64,000 nucleotides of DNA, taken from positions 47,213 through 111,212 of the IMG/VR virus record IMGVR_UViG_3300028833_000006, one strand, 5' to 3'. Below the pieces are notes generated by a model. It was given only the letters and a program-made list of their open reading frames with translations, was not told the DNA's origin and did no database searches. Positions within the stretch are counted from its first letter, which is position 1; each line of letters starts with the position of its first letter. This document shows, piece after piece, positions 47,919 through 57,018 of this stretch. This stretch comes from a virus. Lineage: Duplodnaviria > Caudoviricetes. A program made the position numbers and the translations under genes.

Positions 47919-48259
47919 TATATATCTCCTTCTTTTCTATGCAAACTATTTTCTGCACTAAAACCGTCTGGATATCTTGCTTTTAATTTGTCAATATTCA
48001 TCTGCATAATATCAGACATTTCCCAACCACATGCTGTACAATACTCCGCAATAAACCAAAGTAAATCACCAAGTTCTTTTTTTCTATGCTCATCATTTTC
48101 TTCCACATGTCCTTGGTATCTTTTTTGATAGATAGAGTGTAACTCACCTATCTCACCAACCATACCATGCAATGCATGGTGCTCACAATCTGCAAGTGTT
48201 CTTGTATCAAGTTGCATTGTCCTCTCCGCAAGTCTTTGATAATCTGATATTAACTCCAT
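47918..48259 (-). CDS. MazG-like nucleotide pyrophosphohydrolase
   Basis: YQ..A.RT, GE.GE, KELGD.LW, N..KL..RYP.GF. Confidence 0.85.
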   Translation of the reverse strand: MELISDYQRLAERTMQLDTRTLADCEHHALHGMVGEIGELHSIYQKRYQGHVEENDEHRKKELGDLLWFIAEYCTACGWEMSDIMQMNIDKLKARYPDGFSAENSLHRKEGDI

Positions 48260-48283
48260 GTATATGCCTCCTAATAATTTTTA

Positions 48284-48355
48284 CAGCCCTTGTAGGATTC
48301 GAACCTACGAATACAAGAATCAAAATCTTGCGTCTTACCGCTTGACGAAAGGGCT
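48284..48355 (-). tRNA. tRNA-Gln(UUG)
   Basis: AGCCCTT/AAGGGCT acceptor, CAAGA-TTTTGAT-TCTTG anticodon arm, GGTTCGAATCC; CCA not encoded. Confidence 0.92.
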
Positions 48356-48507
48356 AAATGCTAGTCTCTTCCTAGCAGTCAACTGCTCTCTTAACATACT
48401 GCTTGCTCATTTACGCAATCAAATCGAGCACTGTATACCGTGTATGCTTGGCATAGGTTTAGCGTGTACTGCATCCCCTCGGTCTCCTATGGTACATCTC
48501 GACTACG

Positions 48508-48578
48508 CAGGAACAATAGGACTCGAACCTATATTTACGGTTTTGGAGACCGTTGTTCTACCATTGAACTATATCCCT
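48508..48578 (-). tRNA. tRNA-Trp(CCA)
   Basis: AGGGATA/TGTTCCT acceptor, ACGGT-CTCCAAA-ACCGT anticodon arm, GGTTCGAGTCC. Confidence 0.92.
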
Positions 48579-48702
48579 AAATGTGTACTTATGAAGGGTG
48601 TACCACTTTCCACTTGAGGCTCATATTAATTTATATACCACACCAAAAGTTAATCAATAACTTTAACCCGTCGGTTGCACCCATAGCCATCCGTGTGGTT
48701 TA

Positions 48703-48810
48703 TATCTCGGGTAAGGATTCGAACCTTACACGGCACGTCAGAATAATGGATTCTTCTGTGTTCTCCAATGCCCCATCCGCATTTGCGTCTGCCTATTTCG
48801 CCACCGAGAT
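48703..48810 (-). ncRNA. tRNA-like RNA, copy 2 (non-canonical anticodon region)
   Basis: ATCTCGG/CCGAGAT acceptor, D arm TGGCGAAATAGGCAGACGC, GTAAGG-TTCGAAT-CCTTAC. Confidence 0.65.
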
Positions 48811-48817
48811 ATAATTA

Positions 48818-49021
48818 CTACTTTCTACGCTCTATTTGCCTTATATATGACACATTTGTCATAGATACAAGTAATACTGTATCACCATTGTTATCACGCA
48901 CCCTATAATTATACTTATCATCAAAGAAATCATACTCATCCCATTTATACTTAAATGCAAAAAGCCTATTTCTTAATTTAATCTTTATATACTTAATCTT
49001 CGTCTTCCTCATCACTCTCAC
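48818..49021 (-). CDS. Hypothetical protein
   Basis: Resembles adjacent 49027..49221 at the C-terminus. Confidence 0.5.
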   Translation of the reverse strand: MRVMRKTKIKYIKIKLRNRLFAFKYKWDEYDFFDDKYNYRVRDNNGDTVLLVSMTNVSYIRQIERRK

Positions 49022-49026
49022 CCGTA

Positions 49027-49221
49027 TTAAATATCATCAGTCATTCCCACAACATCGACTTCCATATACTTAATAGTATTGCACATTATAAGTGCCATAT
49101 TACCATCCTTGTCAATAATTTTATATCTAATATCGTTACAATCGACATCTGTAACATTAATATATCGTACCTTATCACCGTCTCTAAAATAGCACCTTAC
49201 TTCATACAAGTCTTTACCCAT
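49027..49221 (-). CDS. Hypothetical protein
   Basis: AAGGAG RBS. Confidence 0.55.
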   Translation of the reverse strand: MGKDLYEVRCYFRDGDKVRYINVTDVDCNDIRYKIIDKDGNMALIMCNTIKYMEVDVVGMTDDI

Positions 49222-49234
49222 AATAATATCTCCT

Positions 49235-49861
49235 TTACCACTCTACTGCTATATCTATGCTATCATCTTGAACTTCGTGTTTATCGCACACTATGCCTTG
49301 CCCCAAACTTGTCTGCACTATTGTACCTTTTGGATATTTCTCTATGTTTGTTGCAACCATTACAAAATCACCCAACATCTTCACACCGTCCTCTCGCACA
49401 TAATGCGGGTAATTATCCTCAGTGTAACCCATATTACGCATATTCTGAATTACTCTATCCATAGGTAAATTATAATAAGTTTCAACTTCTACAGGACCCT
49501 GTACTCTACCCAAACTCTCAGTGATTGGCTGTACCGATAATGACTGACTACTCACTTGTGTTACTTGTTTTGTCGGCATTGGTGTCGGTGTCAATGTTGG
49601 TGTTGGAACAACTGACACACATGTCATATCTTCAACTTCTTCAATTATCTCATCTTCGTCTTCTTCGATAATGTCTGGTGGGTCTTTTTCTATTACTGTG
49701 ATATCCGATATCTTCTCTATTTGCGGTTTAACATATGTTACAGATTTTTGTTCAGATATATCTTTAAATTGCTTATCTGCCCACCCCCATAAACACAACA
49801 AACTTACAATACAGAAAATATAAACTATAACAACCGCTCTATCTATTAAACTATACTTCAT
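49235..49861 (-). CDS. Membrane-anchored protein with putative 3D-like cell-wall domain
   Basis: N-terminal hydrophobic helix, PT linker, PKGTIV.TSLG.GIVCD...DIA. Confidence 0.55.
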   Translation of the reverse strand: MKYSLIDRAVVIVYIFCIVSLLCLWGWADKQFKDISEQKSVTYVKPQIEKISDITVIEKDPPDIIEEDEDEIIEEVEDMTCVSVVPTPTLTPTPMPTKQVTQVSSQSLSVQPITESLGRVQGPVEVETYYNLPMDRVIQNMRNMGYTEDNYPHYVREDGVKMLGDFVMVATNIEKYPKGTIVQTSLGQGIVCDKHEVQDDSIDIAVEW

Positions 49862-50085
49862 ACTCCCTTATTCCTTATCGTAAATACTAAGTCATGACTA
49901 GACTTATCTTCTCGCATTGCAACCTCGATACTATCCATGACACTTAGTATATACTCATTCTTTGCCTTAATTGCACGTTTCCTAAATTCTTGACATAACA
50001 TATCAATCTCAACATTAAGTTGTCTATCCATCTGCGACTTAAACTCATCTTTTATTGACTTTGAAAGTTTTTGAATATCCATCAT
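49858..50085 (-). CDS. Hypothetical protein
   Basis: RBS. Confidence 0.5.
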   Translation of the reverse strand: MMDIQKLSKSIKDEFKSQMDRQLNVEIDMLCQEFRKRAIKAKNEYILSVMDSIEVAMREDKSSHDLVFTIRNKGV

Positions 50086-50092
50086 ATCTCCT

Positions 50093-50620
50093 TTATTTAT
50101 TTATATCCATACGTACCAATTCACGCTCAGACAATCTACTAGATAATACTTTTTTACAAGAAGACAAAAGTTCTTGTGCACTATCTATTTTTGATTTAAC
50201 TGTCTTGTATGCTCTTGAATAACAAACATTGGTCAAATACTCTTGCTGTGACTCAAGTTCTGCTAATGAATCTTTATCTGCAACAGTACCACGCTCTAAT
50301 CTTGCACGACTACTGTGGTATGTCTCTTTATACACTGCCTTAGATATGTCATCTCTAATACCTAATTGTTCACACATACCACCTGCAAAATATATGTATG
50401 TTGCCATATTCATACAAAAATCCTCAAGTTCAGACACTGACGGTGGATTTTCACCGTCACTAAGACAATCCTTAATAAACTTGACATATCTATCAAGTTC
50501 TTTTGTATACGGACTGATTATGTCATTCACTATATTATCAATTATCTTTGCATTATCCTCAACATGCAACTTAATTGCTGACACCTTATCTGGCTTTAAC
50601 TCATCATATACAGTTGACAT
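50093..50620 (-). CDS. Helical protein, possible recombination mediator
   Basis: GTVADK...A and S.KKVLS.R motifs; next to RecU. Confidence 0.45.
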   Translation of the reverse strand: MSTVYDELKPDKVSAIKLHVEDNAKIIDNIVNDIISPYTKELDRYVKFIKDCLSDGENPPSVSELEDFCMNMATYIYFAGGMCEQLGIRDDISKAVYKETYHSSRARLERGTVADKDSLAELESQQEYLTNVCYSRAYKTVKSKIDSAQELLSSCKKVLSSRLSERELVRMDINK

Positions 50621-51098
50621 CTCTCACCACCCTTTCTGCTTGCTCAAAGAAATCACACATGTCGTAACTGAAAAATGTTCTCTTCTTCTTCCCAATCAAT
50701 GTAATAACTCTACTATCTGCAATGTCAAATCTTACTGACTTCTTATCAACATTTTTCAACTCTTGCAAAACTTGAATTGGAATAAACAATGTGACATCTT
50801 TGTCAACAAACCATACTAGTATACCTGCTAAAACTCCTTGTATTTTTGACTTCTCTACCAAACCTTCCCACTGACCGTCTTTTATATTAGTGAATGGCAA
50901 ACTAGCACCTTGCACTGATTTACACTCCACATAATATTCATAAGGCTCTTTATAAACAATTAAATCACTCACATTGACAGCACCTTTGTAACGCATCGTC
51001 TGGTCTGGTATTCTATCGACTGACACATTTGTCACTTTTTCAAAATCTTCTCTTATCTGATACTCAAACTTCTTACCCCTAGATTGTGACATCATCAT
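50604..51098 (-). CDS. recU: RecU-like Holliday junction resolvase
   Basis: RGK.FE, RIPD, SD, VECKS, LPF.NI...Q. Confidence 0.75.
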   Translation of the reverse strand: MMMSQSRGKKFEYQIREDFEKVTNVSVDRIPDQTMRYKGAVNVSDLIVYKEPYEYYVECKSVQGASLPFTNIKDGQWEGLVEKSKIQGVLAGILVWFVDKDVTLFIPIQVLQELKNVDKKSVRFDIADSRVITLIGKKKRTFFSYDMCDFFEQAERVVRDVNCI

Positions 51099-51304
51099 AC
51101 CTCTACAATCTTATACTTACCGCCCCTAATACCTCTATCAAGTTTAGCAAGCATTTCAATAGTTTCTTTTAAAGTATACGATGTCTTATCCAACTCCATT
51201 ACAAATGTATCCGAATCATCATCCCAATTTTTCACAAAATTAGAATAAAAATCAAATGATAAATCTGCTATAGGCTTTGAAAAATTACTTGTCACGTCTT
51301 GCAT
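51095..51304 (-). CDS. Hypothetical protein
   Basis: RBS. Confidence 0.5.
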   Translation of the reverse strand: MQDVTSNFSKPIADLSFDFYSNFVKNWDDDSDTFVMELDKTSYTLKETIEMLAKLDRGIRGGKYKIVEV

Positions 51305-51315
51305 ATACTTACTCC

Positions 51316-52119
51316 CTATGATTTTGATATTGTATCATTAAATGCTATATAATTAGATGACTTCACATTATCAGCGTTACAATTCCTTATTGCAAATACC
51401 ACTGTATCAAACGCATTGTAGACTTTCAACACACTCATGAAACACTGACTAACTACTACTGGGTTCTGCCCAAATGCACCACACCCCCATGCACCAAGTA
51501 TTATATGTCTAACCCCATTAAGTATTGCTGACTTGATAATATTCTCTATACGACTACGAATAATCATATACTCAGTCTGCTTATTCATTATCCTTGCTGA
51601 CGGTGCAGGGCATGTTATAACATCCATTTTATATGGCTCAACATTCTCGTAAGTAACATCATCCTTAAAAAATGTCACATCCTTTGAATATATTATCCTA
51701 TCAGTATAGATACCACTTACGGATTTTGCATTTATTTTATAATATTCGTCATATGCCTTTTCTGTAGTGATTGATGCATACAGATTTGAACAACGACATA
51801 TATTCTCTTCTTGCGTAGTTTCGCCTACCAATACGAGTCCACCTGGCTCTATAGCATCTGCAAAATTAAGTATTGCAACTCTACCGCCATTAGCATTTTC
51901 CACCGCCTTGCGCCCAGCATTCACTGTACCGTCATTCACAATACTAATCTGCATGTCTTTATTTGGTGTGAAATCTACTCCGTCAATAGTATCATACACA
52001 ATAGTATCTCTCTGCTTAAGCATATCGGTATCACTTGCAAACTTAGTCTTGTACTGACTTATAGTATCCTCGAACACCTCAACTTCAAAATTCTTATACA
52101 ACAAAAACTTACCATACAT
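51316..52119 (-). CDS. Bacterial PARG-like macrodomain protein (TIGR02452-like)
   Basis: LNFA...PGG...G...QEE..CR.S, GAWGCGAF. Confidence 0.85.
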   Translation of the reverse strand: MYGKFLLYKNFEVEVFEDTISQYKTKFASDTDMLKQRDTIVYDTIDGVDFTPNKDMQISIVNDGTVNAGRKAVENANGGRVAILNFADAIEPGGLVLVGETTQEENICRCSNLYASITTEKAYDEYYKINAKSVSGIYTDRIIYSKDVTFFKDDVTYENVEPYKMDVITCPAPSARIMNKQTEYMIIRSRIENIIKSAILNGVRHIILGAWGCGAFGQNPVVVSQCFMSVLKVYNAFDTVVFAIRNCNADNVKSSNYIAFNDTISKS

Positions 52120-52157
52120 ACACGTCTCTCCTTTCATAAAACCACACAATATAACTA

Positions 52158-52219
52158 CTTACAGTATAAGTATATACCAAAGTATTGTATAAGTCAATAC
52201 TTTTTGAAATATTTTTCAA
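52158..52219 (-). promoter_or_regulatory. Repeated early promoter
   Basis: Palindrome + TTGACT-17-TATACT + GTAAG. Confidence 0.8.
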
Positions 52220-53007
52220 ATTTCTGCACGACACCTAAGTCTATATGCACAATACTCACAATTTCGCTTATCTATATTCTCTGGAATTGGCGGTACTGTA
52301 CCATTTTTTCTATACTGCTCACATGCATCTATTGTTCCAACTAAGTTCTGTTTCATGTCATCGGTTGGTGTGAACATATAGGCTTTCATATCCAATGAAT
52401 CACGACTAATATATACAAATAACACATCATCTAATCCAAATGCTATTGAATACGATATACCTTGATTGTAGTGCTTTGTATCAACACCCTTCCTAGCCCA
52501 AAACTTATTTGACCCTTCTGATTTCAACTCAAGTATATAATACTTGCCTTTATATCTGATTATACCGTCACACAAGAATGACATATTTAATGTCTTATGG
52601 AATAACTTTGTTTCCATACCTTGCTGACTTACAACTTCTATATCTGTAAGATTTCTACTTGTAACGAAATCTGCGACATTGATATATTCACAATCAATAC
52701 CACACTCTTTCATATATGCGACTGCGGTCTGTATTCTGACATGTATGTCACTTCCACTATTGCATATACCAACAAGTGTATATGGTGTTGTGCCATCATC
52801 TTGGTCTGCACCTGTCACTTGATACCACATATTCCTAATACAGTTCATACTACTAGGTTTATATGTCTGACTAGGTTTTCTACCGCTGTTCTGATTTTGT
52901 ATTTCTATTGCTCTTTTTAAATCCGATAGAAACTGTTGCTCTACTGATATATTTTCACTTTCAGCCTCTATCAATCTCAATACATTTCCCAAACTACCTC
53001 TTGCCAT
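52216..53007 (-). CDS. Cas4-like PD-(D/E)xK exonuclease
   Basis: PS...C.R..WY, G...H, DG, ELK, Q...Y, C..C.Y...C. Confidence 0.8.
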   Translation of the reverse strand: MARGSLGNVLRLIEAESENISVEQQFLSDLKRAIEIQNQNSGRKPSQTYKPSSMNCIRNMWYQVTGADQDDGTTPYTLVGICNSGSDIHVRIQTAVAYMKECGIDCEYINVADFVTSRNLTDIEVVSQQGMETKLFHKTLNMSFLCDGIIRYKGKYYILELKSEGSNKFWARKGVDTKHYNQGISYSIAFGLDDVLFVYISRDSLDMKAYMFTPTDDMKQNLVGTIDACEQYRKNGTVPPIPENIDKRNCEYCAYRLRCRAEI

Positions 53008-53939
53008 TATATTAAACTCGCTTTCTTCTTCGTATCTACAATCTCAATCTTGGTAGCCCTACTATTTCTCAAGTTACAACAATCATTCGGATTATAATTG
53101 AAATTATCTTGCCAATACTTATACGCTCTATCCTCATCCTCGCATACTGTCATTTCCTTAAATCCAGTTATCTTACTGATATACTCTATTTTCTTCTCAA
53201 GTGGTAGATGACGGTATCCGCCATGCTTAACAGTATGCTCAGAATAATCTATATCAAACCACTTTTGTATCCAACTATTTACTCTTAGAAATTCTATCAA
53301 TATCTTGTCGCACTTAACATTATTAAGGATATCAAAATCTATATACTGCGGTATAAACGGTGACAATCTCAACTGTACATCAAATCCATGCTCTTGCAAT
53401 GTCTCAATTGCTCTTATTCGCTCACTAGGAACACTTGCTTTCTCATAAGTGACACTTCTGTCATCATCAGTAGTTGTAACCGTTACTTGTATATGTGCTA
53501 AATCTCTATCAAGTATTTCAAGATATTCTTCATCTGCAATAATCGCACTCTTTGTAACTATAAGATATTCTATACCACGCTCATTAAGTGCTTTAATTGT
53601 TTCATAAGTAACTCTTTGTGTCTTCTCAAGTGGTTGAAAACAATCGGTCATTCCACCAAGTCTTATTGCTGGCATATCAGTGGGTAATTTTGCAACCAAC
53701 TTTTTAATCTTGTTTATATCAGCCACACTTGGATTATCAGGATGCCACAAACCTCTAAAATCCAACAAACTACGAGCATAACAAAAGGAACAGTTATGTG
53801 AACAACCACATCCATATGTATCCAACCTTGTAGGATAATGACACTTATTACCCTCATTACCACCAACTGTCTTGTAAAAACTCTTAAATTCAGTCACAAC
53901 ATCACCTCGTACATCATTGAAACTACATTCACATGTCAA
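53007..53939 (-). CDS. Radical SAM protein (spore-photoproduct-lyase-like subfamily)
   Basis: DTYGCGCSHNCSFCYA, GGMTDCFQ, VTKS, RLSP; real start probably GTG near 53897. Confidence 0.8.
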   Translation of the reverse strand: MTCECSFNDVRGDVVTEFKSFYKTVGGNEGNKCHYPTRLDTYGCGCSHNCSFCYARSLLDFRGLWHPDNPSVADINKIKKLVAKLPTDMPAIRLGGMTDCFQPLEKTQRVTYETIKALNERGIEYLIVTKSAIIADEEYLEILDRDLAHIQVTVTTTDDDRSVTYEKASVPSERIRAIETLQEHGFDVQLRLSPFIPQYIDFDILNNVKCDKILIEFLRVNSWIQKWFDIDYSEHTVKHGGYRHLPLEKKIEYISKITGFKEMTVCEDEDRAYKYWQDNFNYNPNDCCNLRNSRATKIEIVDTKKKASLI

Positions 53940-54238
53940 TTATAATTTTGATATGGGATTATTTTTTAGAATTTATATACAATCAGAATTGTACAACTGC
54001 ACCAATTTGTTATATCTCCTTACGTGTTTCAAGTTGTTATCTATACTAAACATTGTATATGTTGTTAATCAAATTGTCAAGAAAAATATCTGATTATTTT
54101 ACCCATAACCAACGTGCATGGAATACCAACCAATGTATTGATATCTCAATATTCTTATCAACTATTCTCGCATCGTTTGTACGTATCTCAATACTAGGAA
54201 TTACACATATCCAATCCGTGTATATCTTAAAATCTGCT

Positions 54239-54469
54239 CTAACTAATTTCATTATCTACCCCTTGTGAATAATTCAAATATTCAACTAACTTCATTGTAG
54301 TTGAAGTAGCCCTTTGCAAATCACATAATATAGCATTTTCCATATCACTAATATTTGCGCCACACAACAATTGTTTATCATTTATCTCCTCTGGTAATCT
54401 TGCGACTTGTCTCATAAACTCCGCTGTTGCTGAACACATATCAACTTTTAATTGTACCATACTACTCAT
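54239..54469 (-). CDS. Hypothetical protein
   Basis: RBS. Confidence 0.5.
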   Translation of the reverse strand: MSSMVQLKVDMCSATAEFMRQVARLPEEINDKQLLCGANISDMENAILCDLQRATSTTMKLVEYLNYSQGVDNEIS

Positions 54470-54595
54470 ATCACCCCATACTCATCTTCAAGGTATTACT
54501 GCAATTCCACCCATTCAATTTTGCGCTCAACATGGCTTGTCTTGCGCCTCTTGAACATACATCTGTGCCATCTAATATGCAATATTCGCAATAAT

Positions 54596-54832
54596 TCATT
54601 CATGCTCCTTTCTGTACTTGTCAATCACATTCATTGCGTGTTTCAAACCACTTGCATAATCGTAATCGTCTATCCCACATTTAGTATATCTTTTCACAAT
54701 TTTGGCTCTTATCTTATCAAGCACATCACTGATTGGTGTACCATTCTCATAAAAGTCGCAAACATCTTTATCCTTAAATTCATCTATCCACCTGCATACT
54801 TCGCAATGGTTACAATCATAACAATTTTTCAT
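54596..54832 (-). CDS. Mosaic small ORF (LDKIR...IDKY family)
   Basis: Shared module with neighbours. Confidence 0.6.
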   Translation of the reverse strand: MKNCYDCNHCEVCRWIDEFKDKDVCDFYENGTPISDVLDKIRAKIVKRYTKCGIDDYDYASGLKHAMNVIDKYRKEHE

Positions 54833-54856
54833 TCCTTATCCTCGCTTTCCTGTGGC

Positions 54857-55180
54857 TCAAATATCATTGTCATCATCTTCGTCCTCGTATATCTTCTTGA
54901 ATGTTCCTTTCGGTGCGACTATACGATTGTCTGCGTTGGGAGTGTTCCATATTTCGCTTTCTCCCTTCGTGTATTTGTCGATAATATCAAGTGCCCTTTT
55001 CAACCCTACGCTGATTCCGCAATCAATATCATCTTGTGTGTATCTGCTTTCCTTTTCAGCGTTTGATAAGTCCTCGGCTATGTCTGTTCTTATTTTATCT
55101 AGTACATCTACACTTATTAATTTGCCAACTATTTTCTTTGGTTGCTTAAAATCCAATTCATCCATTTCCATTATCCCCAC
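54857..55180 (-). CDS. Mosaic small ORF (LDKIR...IDKY family)
   Basis: Shared module with neighbours. Confidence 0.6.
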   Translation of the reverse strand: MGIMEMDELDFKQPKKIVGKLISVDVLDKIRTDIAEDLSNAEKESRYTQDDIDCGISVGLKRALDIIDKYTKGESEIWNTPNADNRIVAPKGTFKKIYEDEDDDNDI

Positions 55181-55407
55181 TCCTCTCGGTACTTGTCGAT
55201 AATTTCTAGTGCTTCCTCTAATCCATCTTCGTGAGTATGGTCTGATATGACACCATAATTTTCTTCTTTTATCTTCGTCTGTATCTCTGCTCTTATCTTA
55301 TCTAATATTTCAACTGGTATAAAAACCTTATCTCTTCCACCATAACAGAGTAGTACTTCCTTTGCGTCCATATCACCCCTTGTTACTTGCATTGCTACTC
55401 TTCTCAT
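55171..55407 (-). CDS. Mosaic small ORF (LDKIR...IDKY family)
   Basis: Shared module with neighbours. Confidence 0.6.
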   Translation of the reverse strand: MRRVAMQVTRGDMDAKEVLLCYGGRDKVFIPVEILDKIRAEIQTKIKEENYGVISDHTHEDGLEEALEIIDKYREEWG

Positions 55408-55589
55408 TCGTTCACCCCTTTCCTGTATTTGTCAATTATTTCAATCGCTTTTAAAAGACCACTGTTATACACGAAATCATCTTCATATTCACAAGTTACA
55501 CACTCTTTTTCTATATCTGCCCGTATATTGTCAAGTACCCCAATCGACAATACATTGTGCATTACTCCATCATCGTCTATTATTATCAT
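55404..55589 (-). CDS. Mosaic small ORF (LDKIR...IDKY family)
   Basis: Shared module with neighbours. Confidence 0.6.
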   Translation of the reverse strand: MIIIDDDGVMHNVLSIGVLDNIRADIEKECVTCEYEDDFVYNSGLLKAIEIIDKYRKGVNE

Positions 55590-55774
55590 CCACTCTCCTT
55601 ATCTGCCATCATATTTATCAGCAACGACACATAATAATATAATCATTACAACAAGACTTATAACCTCTTCTTTGTAATATGTCCAAATCATTATTAAATT
55701 TATAAGTGAAAGACATAGTATAACAGACCAAAATAAGATATATATGGTGACTTTAAGTATTTTGCCTATTAGTA

Positions 55775-56089
55775 TCATTCTATCTCCTTCTCGTGCTTGT
55801 AGATAATCTCGCTCTTAACAGTTCCGAAGTAACCACCCTCATTACGAATAATGATTGTGTCCTTGCGTATCTCGTCAACATAGCCGTGTATCAATACTTC
55901 TTGTCCTATCTTCACCTCTGTTCCGTTTTTTATCTGCACATTCTGTTTTTCTTGTTGCTCCAAACTATCAAAATAACTTTCTGCGTCACGAATGTCATAA
56001 AATGGGTATAAATACCTAAACATTTTGGCAATTCTCTTATCTAGTTCTTTGTATTTTTGTAACTCTTTTTCAAGGTCACTCTTGCTCAT
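55775..56089 (-). CDS. Hypothetical protein
   Basis: ATGA overlap with upstream gene. Confidence 0.55.
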   Translation of the reverse strand: MSKSDLEKELQKYKELDKRIAKMFRYLYPFYDIRDAESYFDSLEQQEKQNVQIKNGTEVKIGQEVLIHGYVDEIRKDTIIIRNEGGYFGTVKSEIIYKHEKEIE

Positions 56090-56415
56090 TCCTGCTCCTT
56101 CCTGTACTTGTCGATAATCTCCAATACCTCGTCCTTAAATACCCACGGCCGGTCATTGTGGTAACTTGATATACCTTCTTCTATGTCATTTATCTCCGTC
56201 CTTATCTTGTCAAGCAATTCTGTGTACGGTGGTTTGCCCCAAATACTTTCAACGGTTTCCTTGATGACTTCCTCATCATGCTTTTCAAGTGGTGTACCAA
56301 GTCTTAATGCTCTTGCCATTTCGCATATATCATCTGTCGCTATTTCGTTGTCTTGTATACCATTGTCAAATAGCCTTGTATAAACATCCTTGGGTATCTT
56401 AATAACTAACTCCAT
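56086..56415 (-). CDS. Mosaic small ORF (ELVIKI + LDKIR...IDKY)
   Basis: Two shared modules fused. Confidence 0.6.
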   Translation of the reverse strand: MELVIKIPKDVYTRLFDNGIQDNEIATDDICEMARALRLGTPLEKHDEEVIKETVESIWGKPPYTELLDKIRTEINDIEEGISSYHNDRPWVFKDEVLEIIDKYRKEQE

Positions 56416-56436
56416 TTATTCCTCACTCTCTGTATC

Positions 56437-56718
56437 TTATTCTGTGATTGTTATTCCTAATCGTTTATCTAAACAATCCAATAAATAGTCTAATCCATAA
56501 GGAAAACCGCAATTTAATGCTTTCATATCACTTTTTAATCCCTCTAAATCAAGTGGTGTTCCGTTGGCTATCAACTTAAAAGGCTTGTAATCATTCCCTT
56601 GTGCAACGTCGTGCTTTATTATTTCAAAGTAATCCTCGGATATCTTAATTACTAATTCTATATCTGCCATATTATTTCTCACTTTCTGCCTTGAAATGTC
56701 TTTTAATAACAACATCAA
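56437..56718 (-). CDS. Mosaic small ORF (MADIELVIKI...NGTPL)
   Basis: Shared module; probable start MADIE. Confidence 0.55.
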   Translation of the reverse strand: MMLLLKDISRQKVRNNMADIELVIKISEDYFEIIKHDVAQGNDYKPFKLIANGTPLDLEGLKSDMKALNCGFPYGLDYLLDCLDKRLGITITE

Positions 56719-56832
56719 GCATTTCCATTATGCCTTTCAAATCATTTTGTGTTGCTTGCTCGGGAATTATGATTTTGGCGATTGCTCCATTTTCACAAGT
56801 GTAACTTTGGACATAAACATCAATATAGTTTG

Positions 56833-57018
56833 TCATTCCTTCTCGCTCCTTTCCTGTGGCTCAAAAAAATGATTGTATATTGCTTGCATTATTGCTTTGT
56901 CTGCATCTTTCATAACAAATCTTCCACACTCTAATACGTTTGCTTCGGGATTTTTTGCAAACAATCTGCAATCTTCTCTGTGGACACACTTCCAACATAT
57001 ACTTGGTCTATTGCTCAT
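56833..57018 (-). CDS. Small Cys-rich ORF ending EPQERSE
   Basis: ATGA overlap; shared C-terminal junction. Confidence 0.55.
   Translation of the reverse strand: MSNRPSICWKCVHREDCRLFAKNPEANVLECGRFVMKDADKAIMQAIYNHFFEPQERSEKE

Noticed and set aside
48703-48810. Functional tRNA-His/Leu/Sec or tmRNA
   Set aside because: No U33 or canonical anticodon loop, no UCA anticodon, and no G3-U70 pair or tag reading frame.
52216-53007. Cas4-like gene as part of a CRISPR-Cas system
   Set aside because: No other cas genes or array; solo Cas4-like nucleases are common in phage replication modules.
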